Below are positions 1 through 8,496 of a stretch of 64,000 nt of DNA, piece by piece. The DNA is taken from assembly GCA_040880105.1 (NCBI GenBank), contig JBBDJA010000014.1, forward strand, positions 50,624 through 114,623, read 5' to 3'. A program made the translations under genes and the position numbers. The notes below the pieces were generated by a model. It was not told where the DNA came from. It worked only from the letters and a program-made list of their open reading frames with translations, and did no database searches. This DNA is from Waddliaceae bacterium. GTDB taxonomy: Bacteria; Chlamydiota; Chlamydiia; Chlamydiales; SLOH01. Numbering within the stretch: the first letter of the stretch is position 1; each line of letters begins with the position of its first letter.

Positions 1-923
1 AAGCTGAGCGAATAGATTAGAAAGAGGTGAGGCTGCCTTGAAAAGCGCATGACGCTTGGAGCAGGGAGTACAACAGTGAAGAGGCAAAGGGTTGGCAGTA
101 ATAGTTTATATAAAAAGACAGAAAGCAGACCCGCCTGCTTCTCTTCATCTACATCGAGCCTAGGCAGATGCTGCCAAAGATCGCTTAAGGAGCGCTCTTC
201 CGGTGCGGTAATCGTTTCAAAGAGACGCTTTTTATTAAAGACAATCTCAGGGGTATCTGTACTTGCGATCTTATCCTGTATTTCCATTTTTCCATCCGAA
301 GATCTAATCACCTTTTCAAGCTCGTATGCGATTGGGTGAGGGGTACCCATTGACAGTCGATCCATGCGCCACACTTCATCAATAGATCTGATCCAATAGA
401 TATCTTCAAATGTCTCTGTTGAATACTTATAGTCTTGGAACAGGAGCGAACTCTCATCTTGAAGAATCAGATGGCGGACATGTGGTTTCCCCTTATTGCG
501 TTGATTGACTCTTTTTTCTTGAAAAAGTTGGAGGGTATGAAGGGCTTTCGGGAGGAAAAACTCAGAGTTTACATAAACAAGTGCAGATGCAGCTATCCCG
601 ACGAAAAGTAGGGGGGTAAGAATCGCCCGCTTTGTGATTCCGCTGATTAAAAGAGCAATTAACTCTCCGTGTTGATTCATTGTTGTTAATGTACGAATCG
701 TTGCAAGAACGATTGCAAAGGGAAGTAAAATCGAGAGCCTTCGACTCAAATCGCAAAGGTAGTACACACAGACCCATCCCCAATTGGTGTCGCCTGAAAC
801 TCCACGAAAATACTCCACATGGCTGGCATAGTCGATGACTGTATAGAGACTTAAGAAAGCAACAAAGAAAAGCAGAATCAGCTTTATTTGTTCCTTGAAA
901 AGATAGCGCCTCCAGATCTTCAT
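1..923 (-). CDS. LptF/LptG (YjgP/YjgQ) family permease, N-terminal part (gene runs off the window start)
   Basis: Absent from the ORF track because there is no stop inside the window. My own minus-strand translation from the ATG at 923-921 stays open to position 1 (MKIWRRYLFKEQIKLILLFFVAFLSLYTVIDYASH...PFAIVLATIRTLTTMNQHGELIALLISGI...). It has N-terminal TM segments and the conserved GELxALxxxGI region of the family. ATGA start/stop overlap with the upstream paralogue. Confidence 0.7.
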   Translation of the reverse strand, partial: MKIWRRYLFKEQIKLILLFFVAFLSLYTVIDYASHVEYFRGVSGDTNWGWVCVYYLCDLSRRLSILLPFAIVLATIRTLTTMNQHGELIALLISGITKRAILTPLLFVGIAASALVYVNSEFFLPKALHTLQLFQEKRVNQRNKGKPHVRHLILQDESSLLFQDYKYSTETFEDIYWIRSIDEVWRMDRLSMGTPHPIAYELEKVIRSSDGKMEIQDKIASTDTPEIVFNKKRLFETITAPEERSLSDLWQHLPRLDVDEEKQAGLLSVFLYKLLLPTLCLFTVVLPAPSVMRFSRQPHLFLIYSLS

Positions 924-2062
924 TCGATTCCCCGTGTGGTACGTGACAGCATGAGGAGAGATAGAGAAATAATAATAAGATACGGCCCTAAATAAAGGAC
1001 TGTTGCTTCAAGGGGCTTGTGGCTCATGCTCTTTGCAAAAAAGAAACAGAAAAGATACATCGCAGCAAGAATCATCACAAAAATCAGACCTTTTTTACTG
1101 TGCCTTCTTGAAATAGTAATCCCAAAAGCAATGCCCATTAAAGTAAAAGGAAAAGGAGCAAACCCAAGCGATAGCCGTCGAATAAGCTCGCTTGATGTTT
1201 TGAAGTATTTTCCTCTTATAGCGGGGAGCTTCGTTTCATCGGAATTTTGAATCTGTTCTTTCAAATCTACTCGTCTTGCCAGAAGGAGCGGCAGCGTAAG
1301 GTAATCGTCTTTAACACCCCAAACATGGCGATGTAAGACATTTGCAAACTCGCTTACCGGAATATTTGCATGACCGATATTTTCGATAAGCAGCCCGGAG
1401 GTATGTGAAATATTTTGCGAGGTGATAAATGTTAGATTATTGCCTTCAAAGCTGCTTTTTTTCGCCGTTAGCTCTTTAGCTATAAAAAGGTGGATCTTCT
1501 CACCGGGAAATGCAGCGACGACATCGTTTGCAGACTTTCCGCGTACCGTTTTCCCCATTGAATCAAAAAATATTCCCTTCATTCCGGTCAGATGATGGCT
1601 TTGAGCAAGAAGTAAGGGGTTGATCGTACGAAGTTCAGCTCGCAGTTGGTTAGATGAAAGATGCGCACTTGTTGCCCATTCCGAGACAATCCAACCATTA
1701 AGAATAGATAGAAATAAGGAGGCTGTTAAAAGAGGATACGCAAGAGCTGTAAGAGATAGACCAAGCGAACGAAAGGCTGTGATTTCACAGGACTTTGAAA
1801 GGCGGCTTGTGAGAAGAAGGCTTGAAAGCAGACAAGAGATCGGGAGGGCAATAGGTAAAATGTATGGAATTTGATTCCATATAAAGGTAATTGTTTGCTT
1901 CCATGTCGCTCCCAGAGCTGCAATTTGAGCGATATCTGAGAAGCGCATCGTCATCAATATAGATAAAAAAGCGCCGCAGCTTAAAAGCAATGTTTTTGCA
2001 TATTCTCTTAAGAGAAATCGCCAAAAAATCGGAATCATGGGATAATACGTTTTAATTAACAA
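920..2062 (-). CDS. LptF/LptG (YjgP/YjgQ) family LPS-export permease
   Basis: 380-aa ORF with a TTG start. Hydrophobic segments at both ends flank a central soluble region (RLSKSCEITAFRSLGLS motif region). Tandem with a second family member, as in lptF-lptG pairs. Confidence 0.75.
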   Translation of the reverse strand: MLIKTYYPMIPIFWRFLLREYAKTLLLSCGAFLSILMTMRFSDIAQIAALGATWKQTITFIWNQIPYILPIALPISCLLSSLLLTSRLSKSCEITAFRSLGLSLTALAYPLLTASLFLSILNGWIVSEWATSAHLSSNQLRAELRTINPLLLAQSHHLTGMKGIFFDSMGKTVRGKSANDVVAAFPGEKIHLFIAKELTAKKSSFEGNNLTFITSQNISHTSGLLIENIGHANIPVSEFANVLHRHVWGVKDDYLTLPLLLARRVDLKEQIQNSDETKLPAIRGKYFKTSSELIRRLSLGFAPFPFTLMGIAFGITISRRHSKKGLIFVMILAAMYLFCFFFAKSMSHKPLEATVLYLGPYLIIISLSLLMLSRTTRGIE

Positions 2063-2070
2063 ATAGTAAC

Positions 2071-2388
2071 ATGACCGAGCGGATTTGGTATATCAAAATT
2101 GCTGAGAACAAAGAAGGGCCGTATTCAGTCAGTCAACTGAAAGTTGATGATCGGATTACGCCTCAGACTCTCGTTTGGAAAGTTGGGTTCTTCGGCTGGT
2201 TGCCAATCAGTCAGGTTCCCGAGCTTTATTATGAGATTTGGGGAGATGAGAAGAGCGATGAGCTGCTTCTTGCCGACGAAGAACTTGTTCTTGATATGCA
2301 AAAATCTCAGCCCCCGATCACACTTATAATTGTGTTGCTATTGACGTTTTTTTTAATACTCTCTCTCGTTTCGCAATGGATATTGTAG
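2071..2388 (+). CDS. GYF_2 (DUF4339)-like domain protein with C-terminal TM anchor
   Basis: WYIKIAENKEGPYSVSQLKVDDRITPQTLVWKVGFFGWLPISQVPEL matches the GYF_2 consensus (WY...GP.s...L......i...TlVW..G...W....evpeL). Hydrophobic tail ITLIIVLLLTFFLILSLV. Confidence 0.6.
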   Translation: MTERIWYIKIAENKEGPYSVSQLKVDDRITPQTLVWKVGFFGWLPISQVPELYYEIWGDEKSDELLLADEELVLDMQKSQPPITLIIVLLLTFFLILSLVSQWIL

Positions 2389-3581
2389 CTACATTTCTAA
2401 AAAAACACGCCGATCAATCTCGCTCGTTTCGTCTTGCGCTCTCCGGTGGTCCCGATTCTTTGTACCTCTATCACCAGTTAAAGAATTGCCGGATTAATTT
2501 CTCAGTTGCGCATGTGAATCATCGCTGGAGAAAGGAGAGTGACGAGGAGGCTGAAACGCTTAAGCAACTCGTAGAATCAGACAATATTCCGTTTCACCTT
2601 TCGACGATAGAGTCTGGGATTAAATCAGAAAATGAGGCGCGCAATTACAGGCGGCAATTTTTTTTAAAGCTCTGCAAGAAGCATAACTTTCAGGCCGTGA
2701 TGACAGCGCATCACTATGATGACCAAGTGGAAACTGTACTTAAGAGGGTGTTTGAAGGCGCGGCATTAGAAAATCTTGCAGGGATGATGAGTGTGCAAAA
2801 GGCATGCGAACTTACTTTGTGGCGCCCTTTGCTCAGTGTGAAAAAGAGCGAGATCCTCAACTGGTTAGAAAGTAGAAAAATTGATGCTTTTAGCGACCAT
2901 ACAAACCATGATTTAAGGTATACACGCGCGCGTCTAAGGAAAATAATCCCTGAACTTTCGCATCAATTTCAAAAAGAAATCGCTCCCTCCTTTTTTCATA
3001 TAGGAGCAGAGGCCGCTCTTTTAAAAGAGTATCTGGAAGAAAAAGTCTCACCCCTATTGGAACTTGCAATTAAAGCAGATTGGGGCACATTTTTTGATTT
3101 TTCAAGTGTGAAACCCCATCCCCTTGAGCTCAAGCATTTGCTCCGCATGACCTCAAAGCTCTCTCGTGATCAGTTAAGAGTCGCATTGCAGTTAATAATG
3201 GAAAATGCAGCGAATAAGAAAGTTGGAAATCTCATCATTGATCGGAGTCGGCTATTTGTTCTTCATTCGAGCCTGCCGGTGGATTGGACGGTAATTGAAG
3301 AGCCTTGCGATCAATTTGAAGCGCCGACTGATTGGAGGGATGTATGGAAAGGAAAGATGTCAGTCACGCTACCTAGAGGCGCATATAAGGTAATTCCAAT
3401 AAATCAAAAAGATGCCGCACCCTTTAAAAAGAGATGGAACTCAATGAAAGTTCCGGCCTTTCTTTATCACTCGGCACCTCTCATTGTTCAAAATGAGAAA
3501 ATCGCTCATGAGTTTTTAACAGGTCGGCAACAGACTACTCATCCGCCGTTTATGAAACTCACCCTTTTGCCTAAAGATTGA
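2376..3581 (+). CDS. tilS: tRNA(Ile)-lysidine synthase
   Basis: N-terminal PP-loop ATPase motif LALSGGPDSLYL. HxNHxxR (VAHVNHRWR) and TAHHYDDQVET motifs typical of TilS. 401 aa. Confidence 0.8.
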   Translation: MDIVATFLKKHADQSRSFRLALSGGPDSLYLYHQLKNCRINFSVAHVNHRWRKESDEEAETLKQLVESDNIPFHLSTIESGIKSENEARNYRRQFFLKLCKKHNFQAVMTAHHYDDQVETVLKRVFEGAALENLAGMMSVQKACELTLWRPLLSVKKSEILNWLESRKIDAFSDHTNHDLRYTRARLRKIIPELSHQFQKEIAPSFFHIGAEAALLKEYLEEKVSPLLELAIKADWGTFFDFSSVKPHPLELKHLLRMTSKLSRDQLRVALQLIMENAANKKVGNLIIDRSRLFVLHSSLPVDWTVIEEPCDQFEAPTDWRDVWKGKMSVTLPRGAYKVIPINQKDAAPFKKRWNSMKVPAFLYHSAPLIVQNEKIAHEFLTGRQQTTHPPFMKLTLLPKD

Positions 3582-3688
3582 TAGGGAATAAGGACATATG
3601 ATATACTTCCAATAGAGAAGGAAATATTTTGGATTTTTGACTCAAAACACTCACTTTAAATACGTTAAGATAAATTTACGGAAAAAAT

Positions 3689-6442
3689 ATGGCAAAAAAA
3701 AAGCAAGATTTTAAGAAAGGTTTTTCAGGCGGATTCGTCTGGATTTTACTACTAACCTTCTTTTTCGCCTTAATGGTACAGAATTTCCTCGAAACAAAAC
3801 GAGCGAATACCAGTTTCTCCCATCAACTTGAACATCTTGTCAATTTGCAAATGATCTTGCCGGAAGAAAGTAGAAAGACCGCAGTGAATGATAACTTAGT
3901 GACTTTCAGCGGTAAATTTCGTGAGAAAACAACCGAACTTGGGAAGGATCGCTACAAGTACCTTGAACTTCTCCAAAAAAAGCATTTACTTGAAAGGGAG
4001 AAGGAGTCGCTAGAGACGGAACTTAAAGAGAATAAAGAAAAAATCGAAGAATCCACGGATCTTTTCTTGCATTTGAGCGGCCTTTCGATTCCAGCAAATG
4101 GCTATATCGTTATTGAGGATCCACTTGGAGACGGTAACCAGAGTGTGATTATCAACGAGCTTTCTCAGCGAAGAGTAACGAGTTTAAGAGATTTATCGAG
4201 CCGATTTCCTTCCATCCAATCCGACCCGAGCACACCGAATTTAACCGCTTTTGATCAGTCATTAAAAGACTTGATTCGCAACTTCCGCTCAACTGCTTTA
4301 GGAATTGGAAATGAATCAATCAAGGAAGAATTGCGAAAAATCCAAACTGAAGTCAATTATGCGTCAACGACAGCTTCTAGTGTGCCGGCTCAATTGGATA
4401 CATATGATAGAGCATTGCAACAGCTTCAAGAGATTGTTACAAAACTCAATAGTGGACAGTCAACATCACATCTATCTCAACTGCGATCTGTACGAGATTA
4501 TAAAGAAGCGTTAGGAGAATATCGTCAAATTGATCATCAGATAGATGAAAATCGCATACAGCTTGATCGAGCGCGCAACAGAGTGGCTGACACGATTTGG
4601 TTTTTTAACAATCGGGAAATTTCAACTCGAAAACTTGAGCAGGAAGATTCAGAAGAGTTTACACAATGGTTCCAAAGTGCAAAAAAAGAGTGGGACAGCT
4701 TTTCAACCAATCAAGGGGGACTCTTTAAGGCACCCGATCAACCGTTGAATACTGTCTTGAAAAAGACCTTTAAAAGCGAACCACCCGCACCTAACTATTT
4801 TAGCTATATCATTACCTTTTTACCTATTTTACTCGTTCTTGGAGCTCTCTGGTTCTTATTTTCCAGACAAATGCGCGGTGGAATGGGCGGCGGTGCGATG
4901 AACTTTGGGAAATCGCCGGCTAAACTTTTGACAAAAGAAATGAATAAAGTGACCTTTAAAGATGTCGCAGGAATTGATGAGGCACAAGAAGAGTTACAAG
5001 AAATTGTGGAGTTTCTAAGAAATCCACAAAAGTTTACCGCTTTAGGTGGACATATACCAAAAGGCGTTCTTTGCGTCGGGCCTCCGGGGACAGGTAAAAC
5101 GCTAATTGCAAAAGCTGTCGCAGGAGAAGCTGACCGTCCGTTCTTCTCTATTTCAGGATCTGACTTTGTTGAAATGTTTGTCGGTGTCGGTGCGAGCCGA
5201 ATTCGGGATATGTTCGAACAAGCAAAGAAAAACTCTCCTTGCATCGTATTTATCGATGAAATTGATGCTGTCGGTCGGCATCGTGGTGCCGGAATTGGTG
5301 GCGGACATGATGAGCGCGAGCAAACGTTGAACCAGCTTCTTGTTGAAATGGATGGGTTTGCAACAAATGAAGGTGTGATTATCATCGCTGCCACAAACAG
5401 ACCTGATGTATTGGACAAGGCTTTACTTAGACCCGGTCGATTTGATCGACGTGTGATGATTAGCCTTCCTGATATTAAAGGCCGCTTTGAAATATTAAAA
5501 GTACACGCCAGAAAAATCAAGATGGACGGGACTGTCGACCTTATGGTCTTAGCTCAAAGCACACCTGGATCATCCGGAGCAGATTTAGAAAATATTTTGA
5601 ATGAAGCTGCCTTGATTGCAGCGAGAAAAAATAAATCCGCTGTTCAGATGGATGATGTAAGCGAAGCTCGAGATAAGGTGATGTTTGGTAAAGAACGTCG
5701 AAGTCTTGAAATCGATGAAGATGAAAAGAAGACAACAGCTTACCACGAAGCAGGCCACACGATTGTTGGTATGGTTGTAGAGCATGCGGATGCTGTTGAT
5801 AAAGTTACAATTATTCCTCGAGGATTCTCTCTTGGTTCTACCATGTTTTTGCCGAAGAAGAACCGGCTAAGTTATTGGAAGAAAGAGCTCATCGATCAAC
5901 TTGCCGTTCTTATGGGTGGGCGCTGCGCAGAAGAGGTTTTTGTTGAGGATATTTCATCAGGAGCGCGTCAAGATATCGTACAAGCGACAAATATTGCACG
6001 CAGCATGGTTTGCCAATGGGGAATGAGTGAAAAGCTTGGTATTGTAACCTATGACGATCAATCCGACCCGGGTGATTACAGCATGGGGCATCATGAAAAG
6101 AAGTACTCTGATGATACAGCAAAAGCGATTGATGAAGAGGTTAAAGAGATTTTAACCGATGCGTATGAGCGTGCAAAAAATATCATTCTTGAGAGACGAG
6201 ACGAAGTCGAATTAATGACAGATCTTCTAATCAAGTATGAAACTTTAAATCGTCAAGACATTGAAAAAATTGTCAAAAAAGAGTGGACAAAAGAGGATGA
6301 GGCCAATAAGCTCCGCGAGCTTAAGGAAGCTAAAAAGCATCGTGATGCTAGAAGTTTTAGACCACCTACTCCTCCTAAAAAGACAGGTGAAAAACCTTCT
6401 ACTGAGCCCCCCAATGCCTACCCTGGCGATATAAGAGTTTAA
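3689..6442 (+). CDS. ftsH: ATP-dependent zinc metalloprotease FtsH, long chlamydial-type form
   Basis: Walker A GPPGTGKT, Walker [13 protein letters not shown] region, zinc motif HEAGH. 917 aa because about 335 aa lie between TM1 and TM2. Confidence 0.97.
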   Translation: MAKKKQDFKKGFSGGFVWILLLTFFFALMVQNFLETKRANTSFSHQLEHLVNLQMILPEESRKTAVNDNLVTFSGKFREKTTELGKDRYKYLELLQKKHLLEREKESLETELKENKEKIEESTDLFLHLSGLSIPANGYIVIEDPLGDGNQSVIINELSQRRVTSLRDLSSRFPSIQSDPSTPNLTAFDQSLKDLIRNFRSTALGIGNESIKEELRKIQTEVNYASTTASSVPAQLDTYDRALQQLQEIVTKLNSGQSTSHLSQLRSVRDYKEALGEYRQIDHQIDENRIQLDRARNRVADTIWFFNNREISTRKLEQEDSEEFTQWFQSAKKEWDSFSTNQGGLFKAPDQPLNTVLKKTFKSEPPAPNYFSYIITFLPILLVLGALWFLFSRQMRGGMGGGAMNFGKSPAKLLTKEMNKVTFKDVAGIDEAQEELQEIVEFLRNPQKFTALGGHIPKGVLCVGPPGTGKTLIAKAVAGEADRPFFSISGSDFVEMFVGVGASRIRDMFEQAKKNSPCIVFIDEIDAVGRHRGAGIGGGHDEREQTLNQLLVEMDGFATNEGVIIIAATNRPDVLDKALLRPGRFDRRVMISLPDIKGRFEILKVHARKIKMDGTVDLMVLAQSTPGSSGADLENILNEAALIAARKNKSAVQMDDVSEARDKVMFGKERRSLEIDEDEKKTTAYHEAGHTIVGMVVEHADAVDKVTIIPRGFSLGSTMFLPKKNRLSYWKKELIDQLAVLMGGRCAEEVFVEDISSGARQDIVQATNIARSMVCQWGMSEKLGIVTYDDQSDPGDYSMGHHEKKYSDDTAKAIDEEVKEILTDAYERAKNIILERRDEVELMTDLLIKYETLNRQDIEKIVKKEWTKEDEANKLRELKEAKKHRDARSFRPPTPPKKTGEKPSTEPPNAYPGDIRV

Positions 6443-6454
6443 CTCTTCAAATCC

Positions 6455-6483
6455 AAAAGGCGCACGATGTGCGCCTTTTTTTT
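6455..6483 (+). terminator. Rho-independent terminator of ftsH
   Basis: aaaaGGCGCAC-gat-GTGCGCCttttttttt, 13 nt after the ftsH stop. 7-bp GC stem extendable by A:U pairs, followed by a T-run. Confidence 0.75.
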
Positions 6484-6638
6484 ACACTCGCATCCTTCGC
6501 AGATCATTGAAACATATCAACCAACAAGAAATTGAGACTTTTAGGTATTTATTTCTCTTAGGAGAGACTAAAGATAGATAGAAAACCATCGGCTGTGCTT
6601 TGAAGGAGCTTGAGATAAATGCAAGTAGATAGATTCCT

Positions 6639-8213
6639 TTAAAGCAACTTCCGCTTTAGTTCAACTAAGACAGCTGCATGGTCTGAAATATACCCCATAG
6701 GACCTAGGTATGGTTTAATCTTATACCCGGCCTGGGCTAAATCTAAGGCGTTACCTTCGGATACAAAAATATGGTCCAGAGTTTTTGCCTTTCTTGGAGT
6801 GTTATTGATGGCTTCTTTGATTGCAGTACTTACTGCTTTCTCTGCAATTTGCTCATCCTTTAAGGACATTCTGACTATATCAACAAGTTGATTAAACGTT
6901 TTATTAGCGCCCAGTTCTTTCGATCTAAGCGCAATATCCTCGATCACAAAGGTGAAGTGAAGAGCTTCCACATCAACGTCTGTACCTAAAATTTCTCCAC
7001 TTTCATTCCACTCACTTTTAATTTCCTGATCGATCGGTTGTAGATCTTGGTTATTAATCAGAGGGGGGACAGGCTGTTGGTTTGCTGTAATTTCTGTATA
7101 GATCAAGGAGTTTGGCTCCTTTTCTTCCAAAAGCTGAGTAATTGATTCTATATCATAATCAGGCTGGGCTGCATTAAACTCGGATGTGAACCTGCTAACA
7201 TTAAAATCACCTAGAAAAATGACCTGATCACCTTGATGTTCATCGCAGTAATTTTGGATAAATGTACGTGCTTGTACTACATGATTAATTCGCTTCGCTG
7301 TCTTTTCAAAACGATCGCCTTTAAACCCGCCATTTAAATGTGTATTTGCAAGAATAACTCTCTTTCCTTCGAAGTTCACGTGTCCAACTAGCACACCCTT
7401 ATTAGCATGTTTGTCTGCTCCTTCTAATCCGTCAAATCCCATGAAACTAAGATCTTCAATCGGATATTGACTCCCAATCACAAGACCACTATTTAACCCA
7501 TGTAAGTACTTTGGCTTAGCGGCATAAGCGATATGGTATCCATTTTCAGCAAGTGGGTTCATGATTTGATTTTTAACGATTTGACTAGCAAAGGCCTCTT
7601 GAAGACCGAAAAAGGTAGGATTTTCTTTAATAATTTTTCTAGCTTGAAAGGGGGCACGTTCTTTGGAAGGTCGTAGGTTGTTAATTTGATTCATGAGTTC
7701 GGCTTCTGAGAGACCTAAATTCCATGTCATTATCTTCACTGCTGCAGGTCCATTTCCTTTTTTATGTTCCTTACTATTATCCACTCGCGGTGAGATATAA
7801 AGGATTTTTGATTTTGAATTTTGCAGAGCAAATCGCGATGCAAATGCAGGAATTGCAGAGATGATTAGGAGAGCGGAAAGGAGTAATGTTGCAATTATAG
7901 CTGGGATAAATGCTACGATTTTTAAGACTGTATCTAAATAAGATTGTTTTAGTAATAAAGGTTTGAGTCGCTCTTTGCTTCCTTTTTCAAATTCGCGATC
8001 CATTGCGATCTGGAATTGCTTCAATTGAATAGGATCATCACTCAACTTATCCATGCGCGCTTTTGCACTGTTTTTCGTGATTGACAGTTGCCATCTCCAC
8101 ATATCAACAATATTTTTTAGCCGGCTTTGGGCAAAATTCATTGAGGGTTGTTCTAAATTTCTTCCAAAAAAATCTGTAATCGGAGAACTATATAATGTGT
8201 TTGAAGTATTCAA
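6639..8213 (-). CDS. Endonuclease/exonuclease/phosphatase (EEP) superfamily enzyme, sphingomyelinase-C-like, with N-terminal membrane segment
   Basis: Ordered EEP motifs: MTWNLG, GLQEAF, NSGLVIGSQYPI, ANKGVL, ANTHLNGG, FLGDFNV, LDHIF, SDHAAVLVEL. A 32-residue hydrophobic stretch (IVAFIPAIIATLLLSALLIISAIPAFASRFAL) lies upstream of the catalytic domain. Confidence 0.7.
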   Translation of the reverse strand: MNTSNTLYSSPITDFFGRNLEQPSMNFAQSRLKNIVDMWRWQLSITKNSAKARMDKLSDDPIQLKQFQIAMDREFEKGSKERLKPLLLKQSYLDTVLKIVAFIPAIIATLLLSALLIISAIPAFASRFALQNSKSKILYISPRVDNSKEHKKGNGPAAVKIMTWNLGLSEAELMNQINNLRPSKERAPFQARKIIKENPTFFGLQEAFASQIVKNQIMNPLAENGYHIAYAAKPKYLHGLNSGLVIGSQYPIEDLSFMGFDGLEGADKHANKGVLVGHVNFEGKRVILANTHLNGGFKGDRFEKTAKRINHVVQARTFIQNYCDEHQGDQVIFLGDFNVSRFTSEFNAAQPDYDIESITQLLEEKEPNSLIYTEITANQQPVPPLINNQDLQPIDQEIKSEWNESGEILGTDVDVEALHFTFVIEDIALRSKELGANKTFNQLVDIVRMSLKDEQIAEKAVSTAIKEAINNTPRKAKTLDHIFVSEGNALDLAQAGYKIKPYLGPMGYISDHAAVLVELKRKLL

Positions 8214-8449
8214 TTAGCACCATAAGTAATAATTATTAATACTTAATTATACATTAAATAAAATTATATGTAAAGTATTTATTTTATTTTAGCCGAAATA
8301 ATATTATAATAAGCTGCGTTAATCAGGGGTTGTATAATGATGAGATCCTTAAATAGTAAAATTACAAGCTTGAGTCGTATTTCGTAATCTAGGAGAAATT
8401 CTTTGTGAATTTAAATCGAACAGGGGCTGTATAGGAATGTGATATGTGT

Positions 8450-8480
8450 GTTGCAAATTGCAGTGGCTGCAATTTGCAAC
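8450..8480 (-). other. Perfect 14-bp-stem hairpin 16 nt downstream of the pnp stop (possible 3' stabiliser or terminator, no U-tract)
   Basis: gttgcaaattgcag-tgg-ctgcaatttgcaac. The arms are exact reverse complements. Confidence 0.4.
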
Positions 8481-8496
8481 ATCATTCAAATGAAAT

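Noticed and set aside
49-783. ORFs 49-339 (+) and 562-783 (-)
   Set aside because: Both fall inside the open-ended minus-strand LptF/G-family frame (1-923), which gives a coherent membrane-protein translation. These are alternative-frame artefacts.
4804-5520. 238-aa ORF antisense to ftsH
   Set aside because: It lies entirely inside the AAA+ core of ftsH on the opposite strand. The translation is Ser/Pro/Arg-rich mirror-frame sequence with no motif. This is a typical shadow ORF of a conserved gene.
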